Assembly (NCBI GenBank): GCA_041497375.1
Contig: JBGQGI010000001.1
Span: 1 to 24,032, forward strand
Direction: 5' to 3'
Origin: Candidatus Dormibacteraceae bacterium
GTDB lineage: Bacteria > Chloroflexota > Dormibacteria > Dormibacterales > Dormibacteraceae
Length of the DNA: 24,032 nt
Below are positions 15,287 to 23,364 of this stretch, piece after piece. The position numbers and the translations under genes were made by a program. The stretch's first letter is position 1; each line of letters begins with the position of its first letter. The notes under the pieces were generated by a model. The model was not told where the DNA came from. It worked only from the letters and a program-made list of their open reading frames with translations, and did not search any database.

Positions 15287-16501
15287 TCACTGCGCGCGAA
15301 GCGCCTCAATTGGCGCGAGCCTCGCGGCTCTGAGCGCTGGGTAAACCCCAAACACGAGTCCGACGGCCACGGCGACTGCCACCGCGATGAGCACGGGTAG
15401 CGGCGTGATCGTGACCGCGATGTTCGCGATCCGCGGGACTATGTAGCCGGCCGCCAAACCTGTTCCGACTCCAAGCAGACCCCCGAGTGCCGTCAGCACG
15501 CCGGCCTCGATTACGAACTGCCTGAACAGGTCGCCGGGCGTTGCGCCAAGTGCCTTGCGCAGGCCGATCTCGCCGGTCCGTTCGGTGACCGAGACCAACA
15601 TGATGTTCATCACGCCGATGCCACCGACCAGCAGGGAGATGGCGGCCACGCTGGCGAGCAGGATGGTGAGTGTCTGCGTCACGGCTTGCGCCGTACTCAG
15701 CACCTGGGTCGAGGATGTGATCGAGTAGTTGGCCAGCGCCGGATTCGTGATGTGGTGCGTCTGCAGCAGAACCTGGTTGGCCTCGATGTACGCCGACCCG
15801 AGCGTGGACTGGCCGGTCGCGCTAAGCAGGATTCTCTGCACCGAGCCGATGCCACCGAACAGCTCACCTTGGGCCGTCGTGATGGGCACCACCGCGAGGT
15901 CGTCCTGGTTGCCGAAACCTTGACTTCCCGCGCTTGCCAGGATTCCGATCACCTGGTACGGGATCTGTTTGACGGTGATCAAGTCACCAACGGCAGCGCC
16001 GAGATTCGAGGCGGTGGTCCGTCCCAACACGATCACGTGCGCCTGCGAGCTGACATCGGTTGGGGTGATGAATGATCCGCTGCCGATGGCGCGCGAGTTT
16101 GCGGCCAGCCAGTCGGTGGTGCTGCCGGAGACCGTGGTGCTCCAGTTGCTGGATGCGCTCACCAGCGATTCGCGACCCTGGCTGACGGGCGCCACCGCTG
16201 CGATGTCGGGCGCGTTCTGGTGGTCGAGCAAGCCGGTGACGTCCGACATCGTCAGCGTGTTCGCGCTGCCGCCCCCCCCGAAGACGCCGCCCGACACTGT
16301 GCTCCCCGGCGAGATGGTGAGGAGGTTGGTGCCGAGAGATGAGATGCGGGCGGTGACGCTATCGGACGAAGCCTGTCCGATGCCGACCGTCGAGATCACC
16401 GCGGCCACGCCGAAGAGGATCCCCAGCGTCGTCAGCACCGATCGCAGGCGATGCCCAAGCAAGCTGCGCAGCCCCGTCTCAATGGTGTGCAGCAGGCTCA
16501 C
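15287..16501 (-). CDS. MacB/FtsX-family ABC permease
   Basis: RSVLTTLGILFGVAAVI, LGTNLLTI, VGGIGVMNIMLVSVTERTGEIGLRKALGA, YPALRAARLAPIEALR. GTG start in a GTGA overlap. Confidence 0.93.
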   Translation of the reverse strand: MSLLHTIETGLRSLLGHRLRSVLTTLGILFGVAAVISTVGIGQASSDSVTARISSLGTNLLTISPGSTVSGGVFGGGGSANTLTMSDVTGLLDHQNAPDIAAVAPVSQGRESLVSASSNWSTTVSGSTTDWLAANSRAIGSGSFITPTDVSSQAHVIVLGRTTASNLGAAVGDLITVKQIPYQVIGILASAGSQGFGNQDDLAVVPITTAQGELFGGIGSVQRILLSATGQSTLGSAYIEANQVLLQTHHITNPALANYSITSSTQVLSTAQAVTQTLTILLASVAAISLLVGGIGVMNIMLVSVTERTGEIGLRKALGATPGDLFRQFVIEAGVLTALGGLLGVGTGLAAGYIVPRIANIAVTITPLPVLIAVAVAVAVGLVFGVYPALRAARLAPIEALRAQ

Positions 16502-17190
16502 GCGGCGACTCCGTGGACCAGGCGCCCGTCCCGCATGACCACGGTGCGCTGCGCCACCGGCGCCACCTCCGGGTCGTGGGTGATGACGATGATCGTGCGG
16601 CCCTGCTGGTTCAGCTCGCGCAGCACCGCGAGCACGTCGCGGCTGGCGGCGGTGTCGAGGTTGCCGGTCGGCTCGTCGGCCAGGATGAGGTCAGGGTCGG
16701 TGACCAGGGCTCGGGCGATCGCAACCCTCTGCTGCTGGCCGCCGGACAGCTGAGTCGGGCGGTGGTCGACGCGATTGCTGAGGCCGACCTGGTCGAGCGC
16801 GCGCAGGGCGAGGGTGCGCCGGTCCCTCTCACCTCTATATAGAAGAGGGAGCTCGACGTTTCGCCACGCAGACATGCGGGGCAGCAGCTGGAACTGTTGG
16901 AAGACAAAACCAATTCTTCGATTGCGAACGTGCGCCAGCTGCGTCTCATTGAGGCGGCTCACGTCCTCTCCGCCAAAGCAGTAGCGGCCGGAGGTGGCGG
17001 TGTCGAGGCAACCGAGGATGTTCATCAGCGTCGATTTGCCAGAACCCGAGGGTCCCATAACCGCGAGCAGCTCACCCGCGCTGACGTCGAGCGAGAAGTC
17101 GTCGAGCGCGACGACGGCAGCGTCACCAGACCCGTAGACCTTAGTGATCGACTCGAGGCGGATGAGGTGGTCGGCGTTCAGGTCGATCAC
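16498..17190 (-). CDS. MacB/LolD-family ABC ATP-binding protein
   Basis: GPSGSGKSTLMNILGCLD, GFVFQ, LSGGQQQRVAIARAL, ILADEPTGNLD, ITHD. GTG start in a GTGA overlap. Confidence 0.94.
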   Translation of the reverse strand: MIDLNADHLIRLESITKVYGSGDAAVVALDDFSLDVSAGELLAVMGPSGSGKSTLMNILGCLDTATSGRYCFGGEDVSRLNETQLAHVRNRRIGFVFQQFQLLPRMSAWRNVELPLLYRGERDRRTLALRALDQVGLSNRVDHRPTQLSGGQQQRVAIARALVTDPDLILADEPTGNLDTAASRDVLAVLRELNQQGRTIIVITHDPEVAPVAQRTVVMRDGRLVHGVAA

Positions 17191-18644
17191 CCGCCGCCCG
17201 GCGGCACGCCGCCGCCTGGCGGCACGCCTCCGCCGGCGCCACCTCTGCCGCCCCCGCCTCCAAGGACCGTTCCCGCACTGCCGGTGCTCGGCACCGAGCT
17301 GGTGACGACCGCGATGACCACGACCTGGTTGAGCTGGAGACCCGACAGGATCTCGGTCCGTAGGGGGTCCGATGCTCCGACCTGCACCGAGACGGACTGC
17401 GGCGCGCCGTTGACGAGCACCTGCACGGTGCTCCCGGCGGCTGTCGTGTGAACCGCGCTCGTGGGCACCGTGAGCACGTGCACGACCTGCTTGACCACGA
17501 TGCTTGCGGTGGCGGAGATTCCGGGCTTGATGGAGTTGCTGGTGTCGGTGAGCGCCGCGGTCACGCCGAAGGTGGCGACGCCTGAGCTGATCGTCGCGGC
17601 CGGCGAGATCGCAGTGACCTTGCCTAGCAGAGCCTGCGTTGAGCCCGCCGGAGTGACCTGCACGGCCTGGCCCTCAGCCACCAGGTTGACCTGGGCGTCG
17701 CTGACTGTCCCGGTCACCTGGTAAGCGCCGGGTGAGTAGACGACGATCGCGTACGTGGTGCCGCCGCCGGTCACCGACTGGCCGGCCTTGATGTTGACCT
17801 GGGAAACGACGCCGTCGATGGGGGAGATCAGCACGGCGCCGGCCACCTGGTGCTTGAGGGTGTTGACGTTGACCTGGTCGATCTGGACCTGCGCCAGGTC
17901 GATCTGAATCGTCTGCGGCGTGGTGCTGGCAAGGGTGGCGGCGAGCGAGCTCTTCGCAGCCGCGAGCTGCTGCTTGGCTGACGCCAGCTGCCCGGCCGCC
18001 TGGTCATTGCTCTGCTGGGCTCTCACCTTCGCCGCCGCCAGCGCCTGCTGGTCGGTGATGAGCTTCGCCTGGTCCTGCGCACATGCGGGCAGCGGCGGGC
18101 AGTCGGCCGCCACGTTCAGGTTGTCCTGGTCGACGACGATTTGGGCGGCCGCGACGGACTGCGCGTTGATGGCTTTCGTGTCGGCAAGGCTGGTCGTGGC
18201 GCTGTTGACCGCGACCTGCGCCTGCGCAACGGGGTTCTTGGCGGAGGCCAGGTTCTGGGCCGAGGGACCCGCCTCGTCCTGAGCCAGCTTTGCCTGGGCG
18301 GATGAGAGAGTCGCCTTCGCCTGCGAAAGTTGCGCGGCGAGGAGCGTGGCGTCCTGCCTCGCCAGGGTCTCGCCCCTGACGACCGTTTCGCCGACAGTCG
18401 CCATGACCGACTGGACAGTGCCGGCAGCCGCGAAGTTGAGGTCAGCCTCGGTCACCGGAGCGAGGTTGCCGGCCATACCGATCGTCTGGGTGATAGTGCC
18501 GTACACGACAGGCGCCGTCCGATAGGAGGTGGTCACTTTCCCGGCCTGCGCGTATACCGCGGTGCCGCCCAGGATCGCGAAAACCACGACGAGGCCGGCG
18601 AGGGCCTTGCGCTTTCGGAGGTTGGCAAGTAGTCGCGCTCTCAT
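17187..18644 (-). CDS. Membrane fusion / periplasmic adaptor protein (MacA/YknX-like)
   Basis: ATG 18644 (MRARLL..., basic then TM). Lipoyl-like halves GTVQSVMATVGETV and ISPIDGVVSQVN flank a long Ala/Gln coiled coil; beta-barrel and EILSGL; Gly/Pro tail. The track start at 18956 overlaps mntP and is rejected. Confidence 0.87.
   Translation of the reverse strand: MRARLLANLRKRKALAGLVVVFAILGGTAVYAQAGKVTTSYRTAPVVYGTITQTIGMAGNLAPVTEADLNFAAAGTVQSVMATVGETVVRGETLARQDATLLAAQLSQAKATLSSAQAKLAQDEAGPSAQNLASAKNPVAQAQVAVNSATTSLADTKAINAQSVAAAQIVVDQDNLNVAADCPPLPACAQDQAKLITDQQALAAAKVRAQQSNDQAAGQLASAKQQLAAAKSSLAATLASTTPQTIQIDLAQVQIDQVNVNTLKHQVAGAVLISPIDGVVSQVNIKAGQSVTGGGTTYAIVVYSPGAYQVTGTVSDAQVNLVAEGQAVQVTPAGSTQALLGKVTAISPAATISSGVATFGVTAALTDTSNSIKPGISATASIVVKQVVHVLTVPTSAVHTTAAGSTVQVLVNGAPQSVSVQVGASDPLRTEILSGLQLNQVVVIAVVTSSVPSTGSAGTVLGGGGGRGGAGGGVPPGGGVPPGGG
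17191..17226. repeat. Two tandem 18-bp units encoding the GGVPPG tail of the adaptor protein
   Basis: ccgccgcccggcggcacg (17191-17208) and ccgccgcctggcggcacg (17209-17226), one mismatch. Confidence 0.8.
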
Positions 18645-18700
18645 CGGCTGATCACGGCGCCACGATCGGGCCGCGGGCTGTGAGGAAGGTGGGAGAAGCC

Positions 18701-19270
18701 TTAGAGCCTGCTGAGACTTTCGACGACCACCAGCAGCGCGGCGACAAGCAGTAAGACGCCGGCGATGCGGCCGGCAGCCTGCCGCGCGTTCTCTGCGAGC
18801 CGTGACCCAAGCCTCATGCCCAGCTGCGCGGCGATGAAAGCTTGCACAGCGATCAGCCCGATCAGCAGTAAGAGCGGCAGCCGCAGCAGCCCGACGCCAA
18901 ACCCGACGGCAAGCTCGTCCACGCTGATTCCGACGCCGAGCACCACGACCGACCATCCGCGCGCCGTTTCGAGGAGCCGCAGCTTCTTCTCATCGTCCTC
19001 CTCGCCGTCGCCAGGCCGGAGCATCACGACCCCTATCACCGCCAGCACCCCTGCCGCGAGATAGTTGGCCCAGCCGCCCACAGCTGCGCCGATCGCGGCG
19101 CCGGCGAGAAATCCGATCAGCGGCATGCCGGCTTCGAACGCGGTGAGGATGAGGCTGGTCCGCAACCGGTCGCGTTTGGGGATGCCGGCCGCCCCCAAGG
19201 CGGTGCCGAGCACGAAAGTGTCGATCGTCAGCGGCAGGATGATGCCGGCTATCGTGAGGATCCGGAGCAC
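18701..19270 (-). CDS. mntP: MntP-family (DUF204) putative manganese efflux membrane protein
   Basis: Two-fold internal repeat with IDTF..G and SVDELAVG motifs, FEAGMPLIG, about six TM segments, 189 aa, GTG start. Confidence 0.8.
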   Translation of the reverse strand: MLRILTIAGIILPLTIDTFVLGTALGAAGIPKRDRLRTSLILTAFEAGMPLIGFLAGAAIGAAVGGWANYLAAGVLAVIGVVMLRPGDGEEDDEKKLRLLETARGWSVVVLGVGISVDELAVGFGVGLLRLPLLLLIGLIAVQAFIAAQLGMRLGSRLAENARQAAGRIAGVLLLVAALLVVVESLSRL

Positions 19271-19281
19271 TCCGGAGAAAG

Positions 19282-19983
19282 TTAGCGCGTGTGGTGGCGG
19301 GCGATCGCCTGCTTGAGCGTCTCGACCACGCGGCTAAGGTGCTCCCTCATGGCCGCCTCGCTGCGGTCTGGATCGCGGGCGGCAAGCGCTTCGACGATCT
19401 CGGCGTGCTCGCGCAGCGAGCGGTCGGGCCGGCCGGGCTGCAGGATCGTGCGGTACTGGAACCTGATGCTCTGCGATTTGAGGTTGGCCACCAGCGTCGA
19501 GGCCACGCCCTGGCCGGCGATGGCCCAGATCATCTCGTGGAAGCGAGAGTTGAGCTCCGAATAGCCCAGCGGATCGCCGGCATCGACCCGGGCGGTCATC
19601 TCTTCGAGGATCTGGCGAAGGTTCCGCGTATCGCGGGGCGTGATCCGCGTCGCTGCGTGCCTCGCCAGCATCTGCTCGAGCGCGACCCGCACCTCCTCGA
19701 TCTCGAGCGCCTCCCGGTCCGAGACGAGTCGCACGCGGGCTCCGCGGTTGGGCTGGCGCTCGACCAGGCCTTCCTGGTCCAGCCTGACCAGCGCCGCTCG
19801 GATCGCCGTGCGTCCCGCGCCGAAGGTCCGGGCGAGGTCCGCCTCGACGAGCCTTTCGTTGGGCTGGAAGCGGCCGTCGACGATCGCTTCTCGAAGCCTC
19901 AGGTATGCGCTCGCGCCGCCGCGAGCCTCTCGTTCGGCTGCACGAGCCGGCACTTCAGTCACAGCTGGGGAGGTGGTCGCCAT
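19282..19983 (-). CDS. GntR-family regulator with FCD domain (FadR/VanR type)
   Basis: wHTH LREAIVDGRFQPNERLVEADLA..GRTAIRAAL..L..EGLV; FCD motifs NSRFH and EHAEI. ATG 19983 follows the SD-like AAGGA; the track start at 20124 overlaps the divergent gene. Confidence 0.93.
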   Translation of the reverse strand: MATTSPAVTEVPARAAEREARGGASAYLRLREAIVDGRFQPNERLVEADLARTFGAGRTAIRAALVRLDQEGLVERQPNRGARVRLVSDREALEIEEVRVALEQMLARHAATRITPRDTRNLRQILEEMTARVDAGDPLGYSELNSRFHEMIWAIAGQGVASTLVANLKSQSIRFQYRTILQPGRPDRSLREHAEIVEALAARDPDRSEAAMREHLSRVVETLKQAIARHHTR

Positions 19984-20041
19984 GTTCCGATCTTTCCTTG
20001 CCGGTAAGAATATGCTGCAGTCCGGCTGGATTGTGCATAGA

Positions 20042-20053
20042 ATTGTCGACAAT
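20042..20053. promoter_or_regulatory. Predicted GntR operator (ATTGTCGACAAT)
   Basis: Perfect 12-bp palindrome in the AT-rich divergent gap between gntR and the second binding-protein gene. TTGT-N2-ACAA type sites are typical of FCD-type GntR regulators. Confidence 0.7.
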
Positions 20054-20091
20054 CCGTATTTTTGGTAAGTGCTCAATAGCGAGGAACGAAG

Positions 20092-21450
20092 GTGAACAGG
20101 TTTCAGCCAGCCGTTCGTCAGCATCTGAATCCAACCCGGCTTATCTCGGCGATCGCGGCGATCGCGGCGCTACTCGTGCTGGCCGCCTGTGGCGGAACCA
20201 CGACGAGCAGCGGCGGATTGGGCTCGGGGCCGCTGCTCGTCGGGATCCTGGCACCTTTCTCGGGTGCCGACGCCAGCTTCGGCCCGCGGTACCTCGCCGG
20301 CTGCTATGCGGCATCGCTGTCGATCAACGGCGCCGGTGGCATCGGAGGCCGCCAGGTGAGCTGCCAATCGTTCGACACGAAGGGTGAGCCCGCCGACGCG
20401 GTGCCGGCGGCGAACTCGATGATTGCCGGCAACTCGAATCTGATGGGCGTGGTCGGCTGCACCTCCGACGAGGCGTCCACCGTGGTCCCGATCCTCGACC
20501 GCTCCCACATCCCCATGTTCTGCATGACGGGCCAATCGGAGTTCAACAAGTCCACCGCCAAGTACTTCCACCGTCTCGTCCCGGCAGACTCGTTCGACAC
20601 CTACGCGATGATCGGCAGCGCCCTGTTCGGCCCGGGCCACGCACCCTACAAAAGCGTCGCGCTGGTGTTCGGTGACGACATCGGCTCGCAGACGTTTGTC
20701 GGCCCGGCTGTCGCCGCGTTGACCAAGCTGGGTGTGACGATCGCCATCAACCAGGCCATCAAGCTCGGTGCCGCGTCTTACCGGACCGAGGTCGCCAAGA
20801 TGCTGCTGACAAAACCCGACGTCATCCTCACCGAAACCATCGGCTCCGCAGGCACCTACATGAAAGAGGTCAAGCAGCAGAACGGCGGCAAGGTGATCCC
20901 GTTCATCGGCACCTCTGCCACCATCGACCCGGTCTGGTTCAAGCAGGTGAAGGATGCCATCGGCCTTGTCGACTTTCTCGCCAACTACCAGGCGGTGGAT
21001 CTCAAGCTCACCTTGTCGGGGTCCGGCTATGACGAGTTCGTGACCCAGCTGACGGCGGCCGACTCGAAATTCGGGGGCTCGAACGCGCTCACGTACAAGG
21101 GCAAGAGCCCCACCGTCCACCTGTACGACGGGATCATCATGACCGCGCTGGCCATGGTCGCGACCAACAGCGCCGATCCCACCGTCTACAACCCGAAGAT
21201 CATCGACATCGCCAATGGGGTCACCGGCGCCACCGTGGTCAGCACCTTCAAAGAGGGCGTTGACGCGCTCAAGGCCGGCAAGTCCATCCGCTACGTGGGC
21301 GCAGCCGGCGAGAACAACTTCAACCAGTACAACAACTCGCAGCAGGGCTACAACCTGGTCACTATGGACGCGAGCGGCAACGAGGTCGTCCTCGGTTCGC
21401 TGTCCGAGTCGCAAACCCAGTCGATCATCGACGCGGGCGGCGGAGCATAG
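20092..21450 (+). CDS. HAAT/LivJ-type ABC substrate-binding lipoprotein (second system)
   Basis: SD GAGGA (20081-20085), GTG 20092, lipobox LAAC; GILAPFSG, INGAGGIGG, DTKGEP, LYDGII. Confidence 0.88.
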   Translation: MNRFQPAVRQHLNPTRLISAIAAIAALLVLAACGGTTTSSGGLGSGPLLVGILAPFSGADASFGPRYLAGCYAASLSINGAGGIGGRQVSCQSFDTKGEPADAVPAANSMIAGNSNLMGVVGCTSDEASTVVPILDRSHIPMFCMTGQSEFNKSTAKYFHRLVPADSFDTYAMIGSALFGPGHAPYKSVALVFGDDIGSQTFVGPAVAALTKLGVTIAINQAIKLGAASYRTEVAKMLLTKPDVILTETIGSAGTYMKEVKQQNGGKVIPFIGTSATIDPVWFKQVKDAIGLVDFLANYQAVDLKLTLSGSGYDEFVTQLTAADSKFGGSNALTYKGKSPTVHLYDGIIMTALAMVATNSADPTVYNPKIIDIANGVTGATVVSTFKEGVDALKAGKSIRYVGAAGENNFNQYNNSQQGYNLVTMDASGNEVVLGSLSESQTQSIIDAGGGA

Positions 21451-21481
21451 CGCCACCACTTAGCCACAGGAGCCAAGCGCC

Positions 21482-22366
21482 GTGGAACTTTATGTAGCGG
21501 CGCTTGGTTTCGGCCTGATCAGCGCATCGGTGATCGCAATCGCCGCCGTCGGCTTCACCATGCAGTTCGGGATCGCGAACATGATCAACCTCGCCTACGG
21601 CGAGGTCATGATCGTCTGCGCCTACGTCGCGTTCTACGTGAACCAGGCCGGCGTCAACGTCTGGGCCGCCATGATTGCCGCCGCCCTGGCCGGCGCCGTG
21701 CTGTCCTTCTTGCTGAACCGACTTCTGTACACGCCGTTCCAGCGCAAGGGTACGAACCTTATTGGCATGGTGATCGTCTCCCTGGCCGCCTCTTTGATTC
21801 TCGCCAACATCCTTCTTCCGATCGTCGGTTACGCCACGTCTTCGTATCAGGTTGACCAGGGCCCTCTCGTGCGCTGGAACGGCCTGGTGCTGACGACCGC
21901 GCAGATTGCAATCATCTTTGTTGCCGCGATCCTGATGCTTGCCGTCCACGGCCTGCTCAGGTACACAAGGTTGGGGAAGGCGATGCGCGCCACCGCGGCC
22001 AACCCCACCCTGGCCCGCAACTGCGGCATTCCGACCCAGCGCGTGGTCGACCTGGTCTGGCTCCTCACCGGGGCCCTGTGCGGCGTGGCGGGCGTCGTCG
22101 CCGGCATGAACTCGGAGAACTTCGCCGTCGCGAGCGGGGCCGCCTACCTCATCACGATCATCGCGGCGGCGGTGCTGGGTGGAGCGGGACAGCCGTACGG
22201 CGCGATGATCGGAGCCCTCATCATCGGCATCGTGACCGAGCTCAGCGCTGCGGCCATCGCCCCCGAGTACAAGGAGGTCGTGGCCTTCGCAATCCTTGTC
22301 CTGGTGATGGTGCTGCGCCCGCAGGGCCTGCTGGCGAAGCGCGGCGCCCTGGCGGCGGCCGGATGA
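21482..22366 (+). CDS. HAAT ABC permease, LivH-like (second system)
   Basis: SD AGGAG, GTG start; GFTMQFG...INLAYGE, TRLGKAMRA, VLGGAGQPYGA. Confidence 0.9.
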   Translation: MELYVAALGFGLISASVIAIAAVGFTMQFGIANMINLAYGEVMIVCAYVAFYVNQAGVNVWAAMIAAALAGAVLSFLLNRLLYTPFQRKGTNLIGMVIVSLAASLILANILLPIVGYATSSYQVDQGPLVRWNGLVLTTAQIAIIFVAAILMLAVHGLLRYTRLGKAMRATAANPTLARNCGIPTQRVVDLVWLLTGALCGVAGVVAGMNSENFAVASGAAYLITIIAAAVLGGAGQPYGAMIGALIIGIVTELSAAAIAPEYKEVVAFAILVLVMVLRPQGLLAKRGALAAAG

Positions 22367-23364
22367 ACAGCTATTACGCGGGCACGCTTTTCGTTTACGC
22401 GGCCGTGGACATCATCGCCTGCCTCGCGCTCAACCTCCAGTTCGGCGTCTCGGGCATCGTCAATTTCAGCTTTATCGTCTTTCAGTCCATCGGCGCATAC
22501 ACCGCCGCGGTTCTCTCGATGCCGCCCGATACCGCCAACGAGGGTTTCCAGGTCTATGTCGGCGGATTCCAGCTTCCGTTCCCGATTCCCTGGATCGGAG
22601 GCGCCATCGCGGGGGGCCTGCTTGCGATTCCTGTCGGCCTGGTGGTGCTCAGAAAGCTGAGGACTGACTACCAGGCCATCTCCCTGCTCGTCCTCTCGGT
22701 GATCGCGAACTCTGTGATCATGAATGCTCGGCCGTTCTTGAACGGGGCGGCAGGAATCGCGGAGGTGCCTGGGCCGTTCTCCGACCAGGTCAATCCGCTC
22801 AGCGACAGCTACCAGCTCCTGTACGTCGGGCTGACCGTGCCATGCGTGCTGCTCGTTTGGTGGGTGGCTTCCAGGATCGTCAACTCGCCCTTCGGCCGAA
22901 GCTTGCGAGCGATGCGCGAGCACGAGCTCGCAGCCACCGCCATCGGCAAGAACCCAACGCAACTAAAAATGACCATCTTCATCGTCGGCGGCGTCATCGC
23001 CGGCCTGTCCGGGGCGATCCTGGTGGGCTATATCGAGGTCTGGGCGCCCTCAGAGTGGCTCTACCCCGAGACGATCATCCTTTTCGCCGCGGTCATCGTC
23101 GGCGGGCGTGGCAACAACGTAGGCGCGATGCTCGGCGCGCTGCTGGTGCCCGTGGGCTTCTTCGAGGTGACGCGGCGGATACCAGCCACCATCGGCGGCT
23201 GGACGCCTCCTCCCAACCTGATCCCCGCCATGGAGTGGGTGGCGATCGGCCTCCTCATCATCGGGTTCCTCTGGTTCAGGCCGGAGGGCGTGAGGCCGGA
23301 GCCGAGGCGTGTCTTCGCGGGAGCACCGGTTCGCGAGGAGCGCAGCAATGCCGGCAACTCTTAA
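22363..23364 (+). CDS. HAAT ABC permease, LivM-like (second system)
   Basis: ATG 22363 in an ATGA overlap; LNLQFGVSG, SPFGRSLRAMRE, VIVGGRGNNVGA, FRPEG. Confidence 0.9.
   Translation: MNSYYAGTLFVYAAVDIIACLALNLQFGVSGIVNFSFIVFQSIGAYTAAVLSMPPDTANEGFQVYVGGFQLPFPIPWIGGAIAGGLLAIPVGLVVLRKLRTDYQAISLLVLSVIANSVIMNARPFLNGAAGIAEVPGPFSDQVNPLSDSYQLLYVGLTVPCVLLVWWVASRIVNSPFGRSLRAMREHELAATAIGKNPTQLKMTIFIVGGVIAGLSGAILVGYIEVWAPSEWLYPETIILFAAVIVGGRGNNVGAMLGALLVPVGFFEVTRRIPATIGGWTPPPNLIPAMEWVAIGLLIIGFLWFRPEGVRPEPRRVFAGAPVREERSNAGNS

Noticed and set aside
18701-19270. Functional link between MntP and the Mn-dependent PsuG or M24 enzymes
   Set aside because: Different transcription unit, no shared operator, and more than 13 kb away; no sequence evidence.
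20688-20699. Third LacI-operator-like sequence GCAGACGTTTGT (and TGAACGTTTG at 14739-14748)
   Set aside because: Both lie deep inside coding regions, break the symmetric AA half-site and have no adjacent promoter; likely chance.
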